DNA of 64,000 nucleotides from contig LCRY01000002.1 of the NCBI GenBank assembly GCA_001004905.1, positions 199,251 to 263,250 on the forward strand, written 5' to 3'. Source of the DNA: Parcubacteria group bacterium GW2011_GWA1_56_13 (GTDB lineage Bacteria > Patescibacteriota > Minisyncoccia > Phycocordibacterales > Phycocordibacteraceae). Position 1 is the first letter of the stretch. Each line of letters opens with the position of its first letter. The notes below the pieces were generated by a model, which did not search any database, was not told where the DNA came from, and saw only the letters and a list, made by a program, of their open reading frames with translations. A program made the translations under genes and the position numbers. This document shows, piece by piece, positions 1 to 8,355 of the stretch.

Positions 1-1
1 G

Positions 2-94
2 AAGGGGAATTGGCGCTACGTCCGCAAGGCCGATGCCATGGAGCTCAAAGCCGGTCGGCTCACCGAGTGGAAAAAATCCGACCCGCGAACATAA
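2..94 (+). CDS. 3' end of an unknown CDS running in from the window edge
   Basis: Open frame KGNWRYVRKADAMELKAGRLTEWKKSDPRT ending TAA at 92-94. Confidence 0.45.
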   Translation, partial: KGNWRYVRKADAMELKAGRLTEWKKSDPRT

Positions 95-113
95 GATGAT
101 CTTACGGGTATCA

Positions 114-143
114 TTGACACATTGCATTATTACGTGGTAGAAT
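114..143 (+). promoter_or_regulatory. sigma70-type promoter for the NUDIX gene
   Basis: TTGACA-18 nt-TAGAAT with extended -10 TG; SD GGGAGG before the GTG start. Confidence 0.6.
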
Positions 144-196
144 TTCATTAGGCACATTCACTTAACTCAGTTGATTTTTACCCGCTAGGGAGGCGG

Positions 197-643
197 GTGC
201 GAATGTATGAAAAATCAGGAAGAGACCGCGGTGCGGTCATCATCGTTCCGATCGATGAGAAAACGGGCAGGATAGTGCTTGTCATGGAACCCTCCAAACC
301 GGAGCCGCATTATTGGAAGTTTCCCGGCGGCGGCATAGAGCTGTGCGACGTTGATCCCCGATTCCCGGACGATGATATGCAAGCGGCGTATAATGCCGCT
401 CGCCGGGAAGCCGAGGAGGAAACCGGCGTCGCGGTCGAAGTGGCGCACATCGCCACCATTCCGAGGAAGACGCACATCGTGCATATTTTCACGGGCCTCG
501 GAGACGTCGACCAGCTTCGAAAGAGGGGGCCCGAGGGAGAAATCCCCCAGGCCTTCTCGCTCGGCCAAATCAGGGCGCTGACGAATTTCATGCCCTCGCA
601 CCGGCCGATCCTGGATATCGCGGTAGAAAAGCTCACGAGGTAA
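197..643 (+). CDS. NUDIX hydrolase
   Basis: WKFPGGG...AARREAEEETG Nudix box containing an insertion. Confidence 0.85.
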   Translation: MRMYEKSGRDRGAVIIVPIDEKTGRIVLVMEPSKPEPHYWKFPGGGIELCDVDPRFPDDDMQAAYNAARREAEEETGVAVEVAHIATIPRKTHIVHIFTGLGDVDQLRKRGPEGEIPQAFSLGQIRALTNFMPSHRPILDIAVEKLTR

Positions 644-660
644 TAATCACACCCCCAACT

Positions 661-683
661 CAACCCGGCGCACGGCCGGGTTG
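661..683. terminator. probable bidirectional intrinsic terminator
   Basis: CAACCCGGC/GCCGGGTTG hairpin between convergent genes. Confidence 0.65.
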
Positions 684-690
684 TTCTTTA

Positions 691-1410
691 CTACTCTGGT
701 GCTTTGCGGACGAGAAAGAAGGGGGTCATTTCGCTGTCCTGTCCGGCGGGGTTGTCGGAGAGGAGTTCGCGGATAAATTTTTCTGGGATGGAGGAGTTCG
801 ACTTGCCAAGCGAGAACGCGCCGCGATAATTGGCGTCGACGATGACGGTCTCAACGCCGAACTCGCGTTTGATGCTACGCGCGACGCCGTCCGGGTGAAG
901 CGGCGCTCGCTTCGCGTACTCTTTGAACTCGTCGATGGTCCAGGACATCGGGCAGTCGATGGATTTCGCCTGCTTGCCGACAAGGTAATAAAACGCGCCG
1001 CCAATACCGAGGGGACGCGTGAGCGCCGACACGGCCGCCGCAAACAAGGTCCGCGGATACCCGGCCTCCTCGATGAGGAGTTGCATGGCGGGCGCGGTGC
1101 CGTGCCCCAAGCCCCGGAACTGCGGCGTGCCGTAGTAGTTGCGCACCTTGCTCGCAAGGAAACGGGCGAGCCATGAGGTCTTCACCGCATCGCGGTGGAT
1201 GATGCGGTTCTGCGTGATGCATACGATTTTCTCGCTCACGAACAAGATGTCGTCCGGTCGAAGATGCGGGACGACGTACCGTTTCAGTAGCTCGAACAGG
1301 TCGTCGCCGACCCGTATGAGCCGCGTTTTGATAGGCAGGCGCAGGTACCGGATCCCTTCAATGGTGACATCCAGCTTTTTCCCCTTGTTGGGCGCGAGCG
1401 ACGGCGGCAT
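691..1410 (-). CDS. coenzyme F420-0:L-glutamate ligase (CofE)-like protein
   Basis: LPIKTRLI.VGDDL, DILFVSEKIV, IVDAN, DNPAGQDSEMTP motifs; ATG 1410 downstream of TATACT. Confidence 0.7.
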   Translation of the reverse strand: MPPSLAPNKGKKLDVTIEGIRYLRLPIKTRLIRVGDDLFELLKRYVVPHLRPDDILFVSEKIVCITQNRIIHRDAVKTSWLARFLASKVRNYYGTPQFRGLGHGTAPAMQLLIEEAGYPRTLFAAAVSALTRPLGIGGAFYYLVGKQAKSIDCPMSWTIDEFKEYAKRAPLHPDGVARSIKREFGVETVIVDANYRGAFSLGKSNSSIPEKFIRELLSDNPAGQDSEMTPFFLVRKAPE

Positions 1411-1430
1411 GACGGACGCAGTATACCAAA

Positions 1431-1463
1431 AGAAAACGTCCCGCATGAAGCGGGACGTTTTCT
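1431..1463 (-). terminator. intrinsic terminator of the cold-shock gene
   Basis: AGAAAACGTCCCGC/GCGGGACGTTTTCT inverted repeat followed by a T-run on the minus strand. Confidence 0.8.
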
Positions 1464-1480
1464 GAAGTCGGTTTAATTGC

Positions 1481-1690
1481 TTAAACCTTGCTGACGTTGA
1501 GGGCGTTCGGGCCTTTCGGGCTGTCGCCGACCTCAAAGGAGACCTTGTCGCCTTCCTGAAGCTCATCGAACGAAATGTTCTTGAGCTCGTTGGAATGGAA
1601 GAAAAGATCCTTCGCGCCGTCAGGCGTTCCGTCGACTTTGATGAAGCCGAATCCCTTGTCATTCTTCTTGATTACTGTACCGTTTTGCAT
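1481..1690 (-). CDS. cspA: cold-shock protein (CspA family)
   Basis: KGFGFI (RNP1), DLFFH (RNP2), LQEGDKVSFEV, KGPNA.NV. Confidence 0.95.
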   Translation of the reverse strand: MQNGTVIKKNDKGFGFIKVDGTPDGAKDLFFHSNELKNISFDELQEGDKVSFEVGDSPKGPNALNVSKV

Positions 1691-1791
1691 ACTGCAATTG
1701 AGAATAGATTGTGTGACTAATGCATCAAATCAGTAGCCGAAATTAGAAGCTCGATCCCACTTCTCTGGATCCAGCTCTGGTTGATGCGGTG

Positions 1792-1820
1792 AGGATAGCA
1801 GGGCAGTGCTTTTTTGTCAA
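1792..1820 (-). promoter_or_regulatory. sigma70 promoter of csp giving a ~95-nt 5' UTR
   Basis: TTGACA-17 nt-TATCCT on the minus strand. Confidence 0.65.
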
Positions 1821-1852
1821 TGCTCCGTGACGGGTACGGGCCAAAATACCGC

Positions 1853-2107
1853 TTATTGCTTACCCGCCGCACGCCTCAATGCGGCCGCGTGCTGGGGAAG
1901 CCAGTCGAGGACTTTTTTTCGATGCTCATCGAGAGACCACAGGTCGCCATGCTTGAAAAACAAGGGATGCGTCGCTTTGAACTTTTTCAACAGGGCGACC
2001 GAAGATCGGGGGAAATTGACGGGCAGGTTTTTGTTATAGGACTTCAGAAAGCCAGCGAGGGACAGCTGCGTCTCGCTTATCTTCAGCTCTTCCCCGTATT
2101 TTTTCAT
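1853..2107 (-). CDS. small hypothetical protein
   Basis: 84-aa ORF with protein-like composition; -10-like TATTGT just upstream of ATG. Confidence 0.65.
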   Translation of the reverse strand: MKKYGEELKISETQLSLAGFLKSYNKNLPVNFPRSSVALLKKFKATHPLFFKHGDLWSLDEHRKKVLDWLPQHAAALRRAAGKQ

Positions 2108-2146
2108 GCCACAACAATACCATGGATAAGCAAGTGAAGCAATCGA

Positions 2147-2548
2147 TCAGGGTGCAGAGACATGCGCGATGCTGGTAACCACGACGTGTTCATGTTCCGC
2201 GTGGCCGGTCACCTGCACACGAGCCCCTGTCCACGAGAAAAAGCCGGCCGGCGGGGCCTCGGTGAACGTGAGAGCCTTGCTCGCCGTATGTCCGCTGCGG
2301 GTCTGGTAAAAGAGGTAGGGGACCGGAGCGACATTGTTCGGATAGAACACGAGCGTTCCCGTTTCATTAAAATCCGGTGAGGTGGCGGTCGCCCCGACGA
2401 CCGCCGCGGGCTGCGCCGGCGGCCGCGTACCCAGACCCTTTATATACGCTCCGGTTATCGAGACGATCACGTAGGCAGCCGCGATCGCCATGACAAAAAG
2501 GAAAAGCATTCGTCCCATCCAGCCGGAGACGTCGGCTCGGACGCCCAC
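2147..2548 (-). CDS. membrane-anchored hypothetical protein
   Basis: N-terminal TM helix, low-complexity linker, beta-rich C-terminus. Confidence 0.65.
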   Translation of the reverse strand: MGVRADVSGWMGRMLFLFVMAIAAAYVIVSITGAYIKGLGTRPPAQPAAVVGATATSPDFNETGTLVFYPNNVAPVPYLFYQTRSGHTASKALTFTEAPPAGFFSWTGARVQVTGHAEHEHVVVTSIAHVSAP

Positions 2549-2577
2549 TTACACCTCGTCGGATAGATTATAATCCG

Positions 2578-3516
2578 GTGATGCGGAAGATGATCTACCT
2601 CGTTCTGCTCGTTTCGGTCGTGGGAGGGGCGGGATATCTGGCATACACGCATCAGACGGAATTGCGCGCAATGACGCGTGTCTTTGGGATAGTCGCGCCG
2701 TGCACAGAGCCGATTACCTACTCGATAGGATCCATAGACCGGCGTTTCGGTATTTCGACAAGCACGCTCGTAAGCGATCTTGGCGCGGCGGAAGCGGTGT
2801 GGGAAAAACCGTCGAACAAGGACCTGTTTACGTACGAGCAGCAGGGTGGGGACGTGACGATCGCCCTCGTCTACGACAGCCGTCAGGCCGCAACGGATAC
2901 ACTCAAGGCGGCGGGCATTCAAATTGACAAGAGCAAAGCGTCCTACGACGCGCTCAAAACAAGATATGACGAGCTGTTGCTCCAAGTCGAGACGGAGCAA
3001 TCGCGGTATAACGACCTGGTCGCCGCCTATACGCGTGATGAAGATGCGTACAACGCCGAGGTGGAGAAGTGGAATCGGCGTGGAGGGGCTCCGGCTGCCG
3101 AATACGAGCGGCTTCAGGACGAAAAGGCGGCGCTTTCGAGGGAATTCGCGGTGGTGAAATCGCTCGAAAGCATGTTGAACGCGAACATCGACACGCTGAA
3201 CGCGCTTGCCACGACGCTCAATCAGCTCATTGTTCAGCTTAATTTGAACGTCGCGCAGTATAACCGCACGGGAGCATCGGCGGGCGAGTTTGAGGAAGGG
3301 TTATATCGGCTGGCGAAGGGAGTGCAGACGATAGACATTTACGAATATTCGAACCGTACACAACTGGTGCGCGTCCTCGCGCATGAAATGGGACATGCGC
3401 TCGGGCTTGAACACGTCGCCGATGCCGATGCCATCATGTACAAGATAAATCGCATTGAAACGCTCAAGGCGACCGCGAGCGACATGGCCGAACTTAGCAG
3501 AGTGTGCAGAAAATGA
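2578..3516 (+). CDS. matrixin (M10)-family zinc metalloprotease with coiled coil
   Basis: HEMGHALGLEH metzincin motif plus Met-turn (AIMY); N-terminal signal anchor. Confidence 0.85.
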   Translation: MMRKMIYLVLLVSVVGGAGYLAYTHQTELRAMTRVFGIVAPCTEPITYSIGSIDRRFGISTSTLVSDLGAAEAVWEKPSNKDLFTYEQQGGDVTIALVYDSRQAATDTLKAAGIQIDKSKASYDALKTRYDELLLQVETEQSRYNDLVAAYTRDEDAYNAEVEKWNRRGGAPAAEYERLQDEKAALSREFAVVKSLESMLNANIDTLNALATTLNQLIVQLNLNVAQYNRTGASAGEFEEGLYRLAKGVQTIDIYEYSNRTQLVRVLAHEMGHALGLEHVADADAIMYKINRIETLKATASDMAELSRVCRK

Positions 3517-3518
3517 AG

Positions 3519-3547
3519 CCGCCTCCGACGGGTTTGGTCGGAGGCGG
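3519..3547. terminator. hairpin between convergent genes
   Basis: CCGCCTCCGAC/GTCGGAGGCGG 11-bp inverted repeat. Confidence 0.6.
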
Positions 3548-3558
3548 TGTGGAGCTGA

Positions 3559-3972
3559 CTAGTGCGTGTGCGCTTTTTGGCGCACTTCGAGCAGGTTCTT
3601 CAAGGGCGAAACAATCGCCTTCATTTTGAAAACCTGTTCTGCCGCCGCCGCCCTCTTTTGTGCTTCTTGCAGAAGGCGTTGCGGTTCGTCCAAGCGCATA
3701 TTCGGATATCGCCAGACGAGACAGAGACAATTTCCGTCCCCGATGGTCGTGGCTTCCGGCGAATCGAGGAGCTCCGCCGTAGAGGCGCTCTCGCGGATCT
3801 TTTGAACTTCCATCGGATTGCTTGGAATGAACGCCGCGACGAGGCATTTCCCGCGTATGAACCGTCGCGGATAATTCACGACGATGGACCTTTCGTCCTG
3901 GGGATATGCCTTACTCGACAGGCGGCCAAACAATCGTTCCAGCGTACGTCTTGTTCTGCTTGTTCTGCGCAC
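3559..3972 (-). CDS. hypothetical protein
   Basis: GTG start preceded by SD AAGGAG and promoter TTGCAT-17-TACGGT (4044-4072). Confidence 0.55.
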   Translation of the reverse strand: MRRTSRTRRTLERLFGRLSSKAYPQDERSIVVNYPRRFIRGKCLVAAFIPSNPMEVQKIRESASTAELLDSPEATTIGDGNCLCLVWRYPNMRLDEPQRLLQEAQKRAAAAEQVFKMKAIVSPLKNLLEVRQKAHTH

Positions 3973-4079
3973 AGGATGCTCTCCTTTGAGAATAATATTG
4001 TTGGTGGAGTTTCGGCCGGATGAACATGAACACAGCCGACGCTACCGTACCACATATCCGCTTTTAATGCAAATAAAAA

Positions 4080-4108
4080 TTGCGTACTCGGCGTTCCTGT
4101 TGTAGGAT
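4080..4108 (+). promoter_or_regulatory. sigma70 promoter driving the candidate sRNA
   Basis: TTGCGT-17 nt-TAGGAT with TG upstream of the -10 and an A-rich upstream tract. Confidence 0.55.
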
Positions 4109-4114
4109 GCCGAA

Positions 4115-4215
4115 GGCGCCTGGCTGTTCCCGCATTTCCTCCCTTTATCCCCTAGGAACATGCCAGCGCTTCTTCACGGCCCCCGAGCCCACAAGGCAGA
4201 GGGGTCTTTCTTTTT
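4115..4215 (+). ncRNA. candidate small non-coding RNA (two hairpins, C/U-rich loop)
   Basis: Promoter, 14-bp stem with 24-nt pyrimidine-rich loop, then GC hairpin plus U-tract; no convincing ORF. Confidence 0.5.
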
Positions 4216-4251
4216 GCGCGATGACATGTGCCGGGAAAGCACGTGCGCGGT

Positions 4252-5124
4252 TCAATCGAAAATGGAGATGAGGTACGCATCAATGGTGCGCTGGTCCATG
4301 GTATAAAAATAGGAATTTGTGGCGTGGAGATTTGTCGCCAGTTTTACGCCGACGAAGCGCCAATGCCAGGGCTCGAACATGTAATAACCGTTGTTTTTCG
4401 GGTAGGAGAGAACGAATCCGTAGCGATGGGCATTCGCCGTGAGCCACGTGTATGCCGGCGTGCGCTCGAACCCGATAAGCTGGCCGCCGGTGCCGGTGGT
4501 AATGAAATCGACCGCCGTGCCGAGCTGGTGTTCGGAGTATCCTTGTTCCGCGGAAAATTGGTTCGCCGTGCCGGCGCCGTATGTCATCACGTATCGCTCC
4601 TTGAGCGCCTCTTGGGTATTGAAGGAACGGTACGCCGAGTCAACGTAGAGCAACACTTCGTCCGCGCTGGCCTGACCCAACATTTTTTCCAGGTGGGGAA
4701 GTACTTCGGGCAGGATTTGCAGCGGCTTGTTTTCGGAATATTTGTATTTGGAGGGGATTTCCGCGAGCCGCGCGGGCGCGTAGGCATCGCTCAAGAAAAA
4801 GACCTTTGAATATTTCGCCAGCAATTCGGGATCGATCGCACTAAGCTTTTGTAGCTCTGTTACCGTTCCATTTATCGCGCCGACTTGTGATTCGACCATC
4901 TTCCTTTCGCGGGTGAATGCATCACTGAGCGAGATAGTCGAATCCTGTAGCAGTGCCGTCGTCGAGGCGAGCCCTGTGGAAAGTTCCGTGACTTGTTCTG
5001 AAAGGGAGGCAATACGGGCATATCCGTACCACGAGACGGCGCCCAAAACGACGGCCATGCAAAGAAATCCCGCCGCAAGAGCATCCTGACTCGAAGATAT
5101 TCGCCGTAAAAATCGCGATAGCAT
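4252..5124 (-). CDS. D-alanyl-D-alanine carboxypeptidase, M15B (VanY-like), membrane anchored
   Basis: SAYRS, SAEQGYSEHQLGTAVD, EPWHWRFVG motifs. Confidence 0.9.
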   Translation of the reverse strand: MLSRFLRRISSSQDALAAGFLCMAVVLGAVSWYGYARIASLSEQVTELSTGLASTTALLQDSTISLSDAFTRERKMVESQVGAINGTVTELQKLSAIDPELLAKYSKVFFLSDAYAPARLAEIPSKYKYSENKPLQILPEVLPHLEKMLGQASADEVLLYVDSAYRSFNTQEALKERYVMTYGAGTANQFSAEQGYSEHQLGTAVDFITTGTGGQLIGFERTPAYTWLTANAHRYGFVLSYPKNNGYYMFEPWHWRFVGVKLATNLHATNSYFYTMDQRTIDAYLISIFD

Positions 5125-5284
5125 TTGGGCAGTATACCCCCTCACCGGCACTGCATCTACACCCCGGCGCCGAAGGGTGATGCAGAGCGCCGGTGTCACA
5201 CATTTCTTGCGGAGTGCGTCTTGTGTTGAGAGGGTTCTCTCTGACTCTCGGCTTACTTTTCTCCCTATGTATTATTGATTAGGT

Positions 5285-5755
5285 ATGAATAACGGTACAT
5301 TGTGGTCCGCCCTTGTCGCGTCCATTGTCTTCGGCGGCGTTGTCCTTGCGGCATACGGCCTTCTGGGCGGTCTCTTTGCCGTTTCTTCCTCCCCGCTGAA
5401 GAACGAAACGGCAGCGAAGACCGCCGCAATCGCCGCCCCGACGGCTATCGCGGTTCCCACCGCCGCGACCAAAGCTGCAAAGAGCGTGATGTCTTCGACC
5501 GCCATCCTGTACGGCACGGTGGGTCCTCATGACTCGCCGGTGCGATACTGGTTTGAATACGGTCCCGACCCGCTCCTCAGTGCGGTCCTGGTTCGCACGA
5601 CCCCTCGACTGCCGCTTGACGTTCGTACTGAAGAAACAACGGTTGAAATCGGCATCTTCGACCTCGCCCCCCACACGACGTACTACTTCCGTATCGTCGC
5701 CGATACGGACGCAGGAGTGGCGCGCGGAGAACCTGCGTCATTCAGGACGAAATAG
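5285..5755 (+). CDS. membrane-anchored protein with fibronectin-III-like domain
   Basis: TM helix; A.LYGTV...YWFEYG...LAPHTTYYFRIVA...SFRT. Confidence 0.75.
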   Translation: MNNGTLWSALVASIVFGGVVLAAYGLLGGLFAVSSSPLKNETAAKTAAIAAPTAIAVPTAATKAAKSVMSSTAILYGTVGPHDSPVRYWFEYGPDPLLSAVLVRTTPRLPLDVRTEETTVEIGIFDLAPHTTYYFRIVADTDAGVARGEPASFRTK

Positions 5756-5759
5756 GCGT

Positions 5760-6353
5760 TTAGGAGCTGTTCGGACGGTCGTCGGAATTATTCCTAACGA
5801 GCAAATGGGTGAACCAGCCGAGGAAACCGGATGTCTTTTCGTTCACGACTACGAAATCCCGGATCCTCGTCTGTTCTTTCTCAAGTGCTCGTATTTGGGC
5901 CGTGAGAATGGTGCGCTCGGTAGTGTCTGTCGTGCTGGCGAGGAGGGTTTGTAGTTCGGCGAGATGCCGTCGCGTTTTTTCCATCTCGGCTTCAAGTACA
6001 CCGAGATTCTTCGGATCGCTTCCGAAGAAAAGGCGCGCGACGGCTCCGCGGCTCGCCGTTTCCTGGATGGCCTCGGTCGCTGCCGTCATGGAATCGATCT
6101 GCGCCTCCGCGATCCGACGCATGTGCGCACCTACCGCGCTTGTCGCGCCCTTTTTCTTTGCGATATAAAGGAGCGACTCGGCGAAGGATGCTACGGTGCT
6201 CCGATGATCTTCGGCTATGAGCTGTCCGCGAACGCTCTCATTTATGGTACGGCGGGGAGTTCCTTCCGTATTGTGAACGGCATGCGCGACAAAGGCGGTC
6301 GAAGCCGAAAGAGCGACCGTGCATGCCATAAGCGCCATGAACCTTCGTCCCAT
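5760..6353 (-). CDS. secreted coiled-coil hypothetical protein
   Basis: Signal peptide, helical/coiled-coil body, C-terminal FLGWF. Confidence 0.7.
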   Translation of the reverse strand: MGRRFMALMACTVALSASTAFVAHAVHNTEGTPRRTINESVRGQLIAEDHRSTVASFAESLLYIAKKKGATSAVGAHMRRIAEAQIDSMTAATEAIQETASRGAVARLFFGSDPKNLGVLEAEMEKTRRHLAELQTLLASTTDTTERTILTAQIRALEKEQTRIRDFVVVNEKTSGFLGWFTHLLVRNNSDDRPNSS

Positions 6354-6364
6354 ACACGCTGTGT

Positions 6365-6583
6365 TTACGGTGTATAAGAATTGTTCTGCGTTCCTCCTGT
6401 CGGGGCGGGAATCGTCACGTTTATATTCGTGCCGTTCGGCGCCGGCGGGACGGCGGCGCGCCGATAGTTGACCCAAAAGTATGCGCCGATACCGACCACT
6501 GCGAGGAGTATGATGACCGCGACCACCCAGCCAGCATTCCCGTCGCCATTATCCGACCGCGGTGTATTGATTACCGTTGTCAT
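6365..6583 (-). CDS. small single-TM protein
   Basis: 72 aa with one clear TM helix. Confidence 0.7.
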   Translation of the reverse strand: MTTVINTPRSDNGDGNAGWVVAVIILLAVVGIGAYFWVNYRRAAVPPAPNGTNINVTIPAPTGGTQNNSYTP

Positions 6584-6741
6584 ACTGTGAATTCCTGATC
6601 TTGTAATCGTCCAATCCTGCCCAAGGGGGCCGTGCTAAGGGAACGGGTATTACAGAAAGTTGTAATGCCTCGTCGCTTCGGGCGGCTTACGGTCGTGGGT
6701 GGCGTGTAGGAGTCAAATTATTATTTAACATAATTTCTTCT

Positions 6742-6852
6742 ATGAACGAGACGCGCACGAAAGATCCGCAGACGGACCCGGAGAAGCACGGCCAAGATGA
6801 TGAGAAAAAGGCGGAGGAAGAAAGAAAGAGGAGGGAAGGAGGGAATCCATAA
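6742..6852 (+). CDS. 36-aa highly charged small protein
   Basis: CATAAT 7 nt before ATG, stop followed by a strong hairpin; MNETRTKDPQTDPEKHGQDDEKKAEEERKRREGGNP. Confidence 0.5.
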   Translation: MNETRTKDPQTDPEKHGQDDEKKAEEERKRREGGNP

Positions 6853-6856
6853 TGCG

Positions 6857-6891
6857 CGACTCACGGCCGCCCCAGGAACGGCCGTGAGTCG
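6857..6891 (+). terminator. intrinsic terminator
   Basis: CGACTCACGGCCG/CGGCCGTGAGTCG 13-bp inverted repeat followed by TTT. Confidence 0.7.
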
Positions 6892-6947
6892 TTTCAAAGG
6901 AGGTCTCGGTGCGAAGAAAATGGTCGCTTTGTTATACTGCCCCTTCG

Positions 6948-7317
6948 ATGGCGAAATTATATGTTGATAAGAAAATAAGGATCAATGCGCCGGCGCAGAA
7001 AGTCTGGGAAGCGCTGACCAGCCGCGCATGCACGGACATATGGTCGCTTGAATTCGGAAGCGATGGTCCGCTCATGCATGTCGAGTCCGATTGGCAGCTC
7101 GGAAGCCCGGTGCTTTGGAAAGACGAGGAGGGAACCCTGCTCGTGCAGGGAATCGTAACGGCCGTAACGCCGCGGAAAATGATGCGCTATACGGTCTTCG
7201 ATACGCGCACTGAACGTCCTGAAACAAGCCCGGAAGACGGCATTACCTATGAGCTCACCGAACAGGAGGGGAATATTGCCGAGGATAAAAACGCTTGCCG
7301 AAGTGGAATTGCCGTAA
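6948..7317 (+). pseudogene. SRPBCC/AHSA1-like protein with apparent internal deletion and frameshift
   Basis: I.INAPAQKVWEALT N-terminus; the typical C-terminal helix end ILPRIKTLAE appears in another frame right after 7272. Confidence 0.65.
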
Positions 7318-7388
7318 CGTCCTTCATGCGAAACACATTTGAAGTGCGAGACACTACCACGGCGCGATTTATCCGTTAACGCATCCTC

Positions 7389-7550
7389 ATGTTGGTAACC
7401 ATTGCTGTCATTCTTTTCATTCTGTGGTTCCTCGGTATTGTCGGCGTCTACACAATCGGCTGGTTCATCCATCTGCTCCTCATACTCGCGATAATCTCGG
7501 TCTTGATCCGCGTGATTTACGGCGAGTACCCTTTCGGTCCGAATCCCTAG
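7389..7550 (+). CDS. lmo0937/DUF5670-like small membrane protein
   Basis: MLVTIAVILFILWFLGIVGVYTIGWFIHLLLILAII pattern. Confidence 0.8.
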   Translation: MLVTIAVILFILWFLGIVGVYTIGWFIHLLLILAIISVLIRVIYGEYPFGPNP

Positions 7551-7567
7551 AGCGAAATAGCCGCGTG

Positions 7568-7596
7568 TTGACATTTTAGTTCAAACTCACGATAGT
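7568..7596 (+). promoter_or_regulatory. sigma70 promoter
   Basis: TTGACA-17 nt-GATAGT. Confidence 0.5.
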
Positions 7597-7648
7597 ACGA
7601 GCGGAAGGCGCTCATTGTCAGGCCTTCATTCCCAACCAGGGGGCTCTC

Positions 7649-8245
7649 ATGGAGAAACTTCGTCGTGCAATCCTCACTATCCTCTGCGGACTCGTCCTTT
7701 CGCTCGCTTACGTTTCACCGGCGGCGGCGCAGACCATCGATCTCGGAAAGCCGCTTCTCCTCGTCGCCGCGCCTGGTTTGAGCGGCTTCTACGGTCGCAC
7801 GGTGCTGATCGCCGTACCGGTGAAGGACGAACACTTCGGCTTCATCCTGAATCGTTCGATGGGGATGAAAATGACGCAGCTATTTCCCGACCATTTGCCT
7901 TCGGCCAAGGTCGTTGACCCGATCTATCTCGGCGGGCCGCAGTTGCCAGAAGCGCTCTTTGCGCTCCTGCGCCATGATCCCGGGAAACCTTCGCTGCGCC
8001 TTCTTACAGACCTCTTCGTGATCTCCACCAGAGGCCTCATCGATAAGGTCATCGAGGAGACGCCGAACGAGGCGCGCTACTTTACCGGATTCGTGGGCTG
8101 GAGGCGTGGCGAACTCGCGTCTGAACTCAAAAGCGGGTACTGGTACGCACTCGATGCCGACGCGGATGCCGTTTTTCACGGGGCGCCGGACGCCATGTGG
8201 GAGGAGTTTCTCCAAAAAGCGCAGATGAGCAGGGACGGCATCTGA
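7649..8245 (+). CDS. YqgE/AlgH (DUF179) family protein with N-terminal signal peptide
   Basis: LLVAAPGL..F.RTVLI, GFILNR, YLGGP, F.GFVGW..GEL..E...G.W. Confidence 0.85.
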   Translation: MEKLRRAILTILCGLVLSLAYVSPAAAQTIDLGKPLLLVAAPGLSGFYGRTVLIAVPVKDEHFGFILNRSMGMKMTQLFPDHLPSAKVVDPIYLGGPQLPEALFALLRHDPGKPSLRLLTDLFVISTRGLIDKVIEETPNEARYFTGFVGWRRGELASELKSGYWYALDADADAVFHGAPDAMWEEFLQKAQMSRDGI

Positions 8246-8258
8246 CGCTGATGTTTTC

Positions 8259-8294
8259 GAAGCCGCGCGGGGTGTCCTCCACCCGCGCGGCTTC
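8259..8294 (+). terminator. intrinsic terminator
   Basis: GAAGCCGCGCGGG/CCCGCGCGGCTTC inverted repeat. Confidence 0.7.
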
Positions 8295-8355
8295 TCTTAT
8301 TCGCCCTCCGAAGTGTTGGGTCAAAACGAGCGGTGTCTGTTGTATACTTGCTCCT

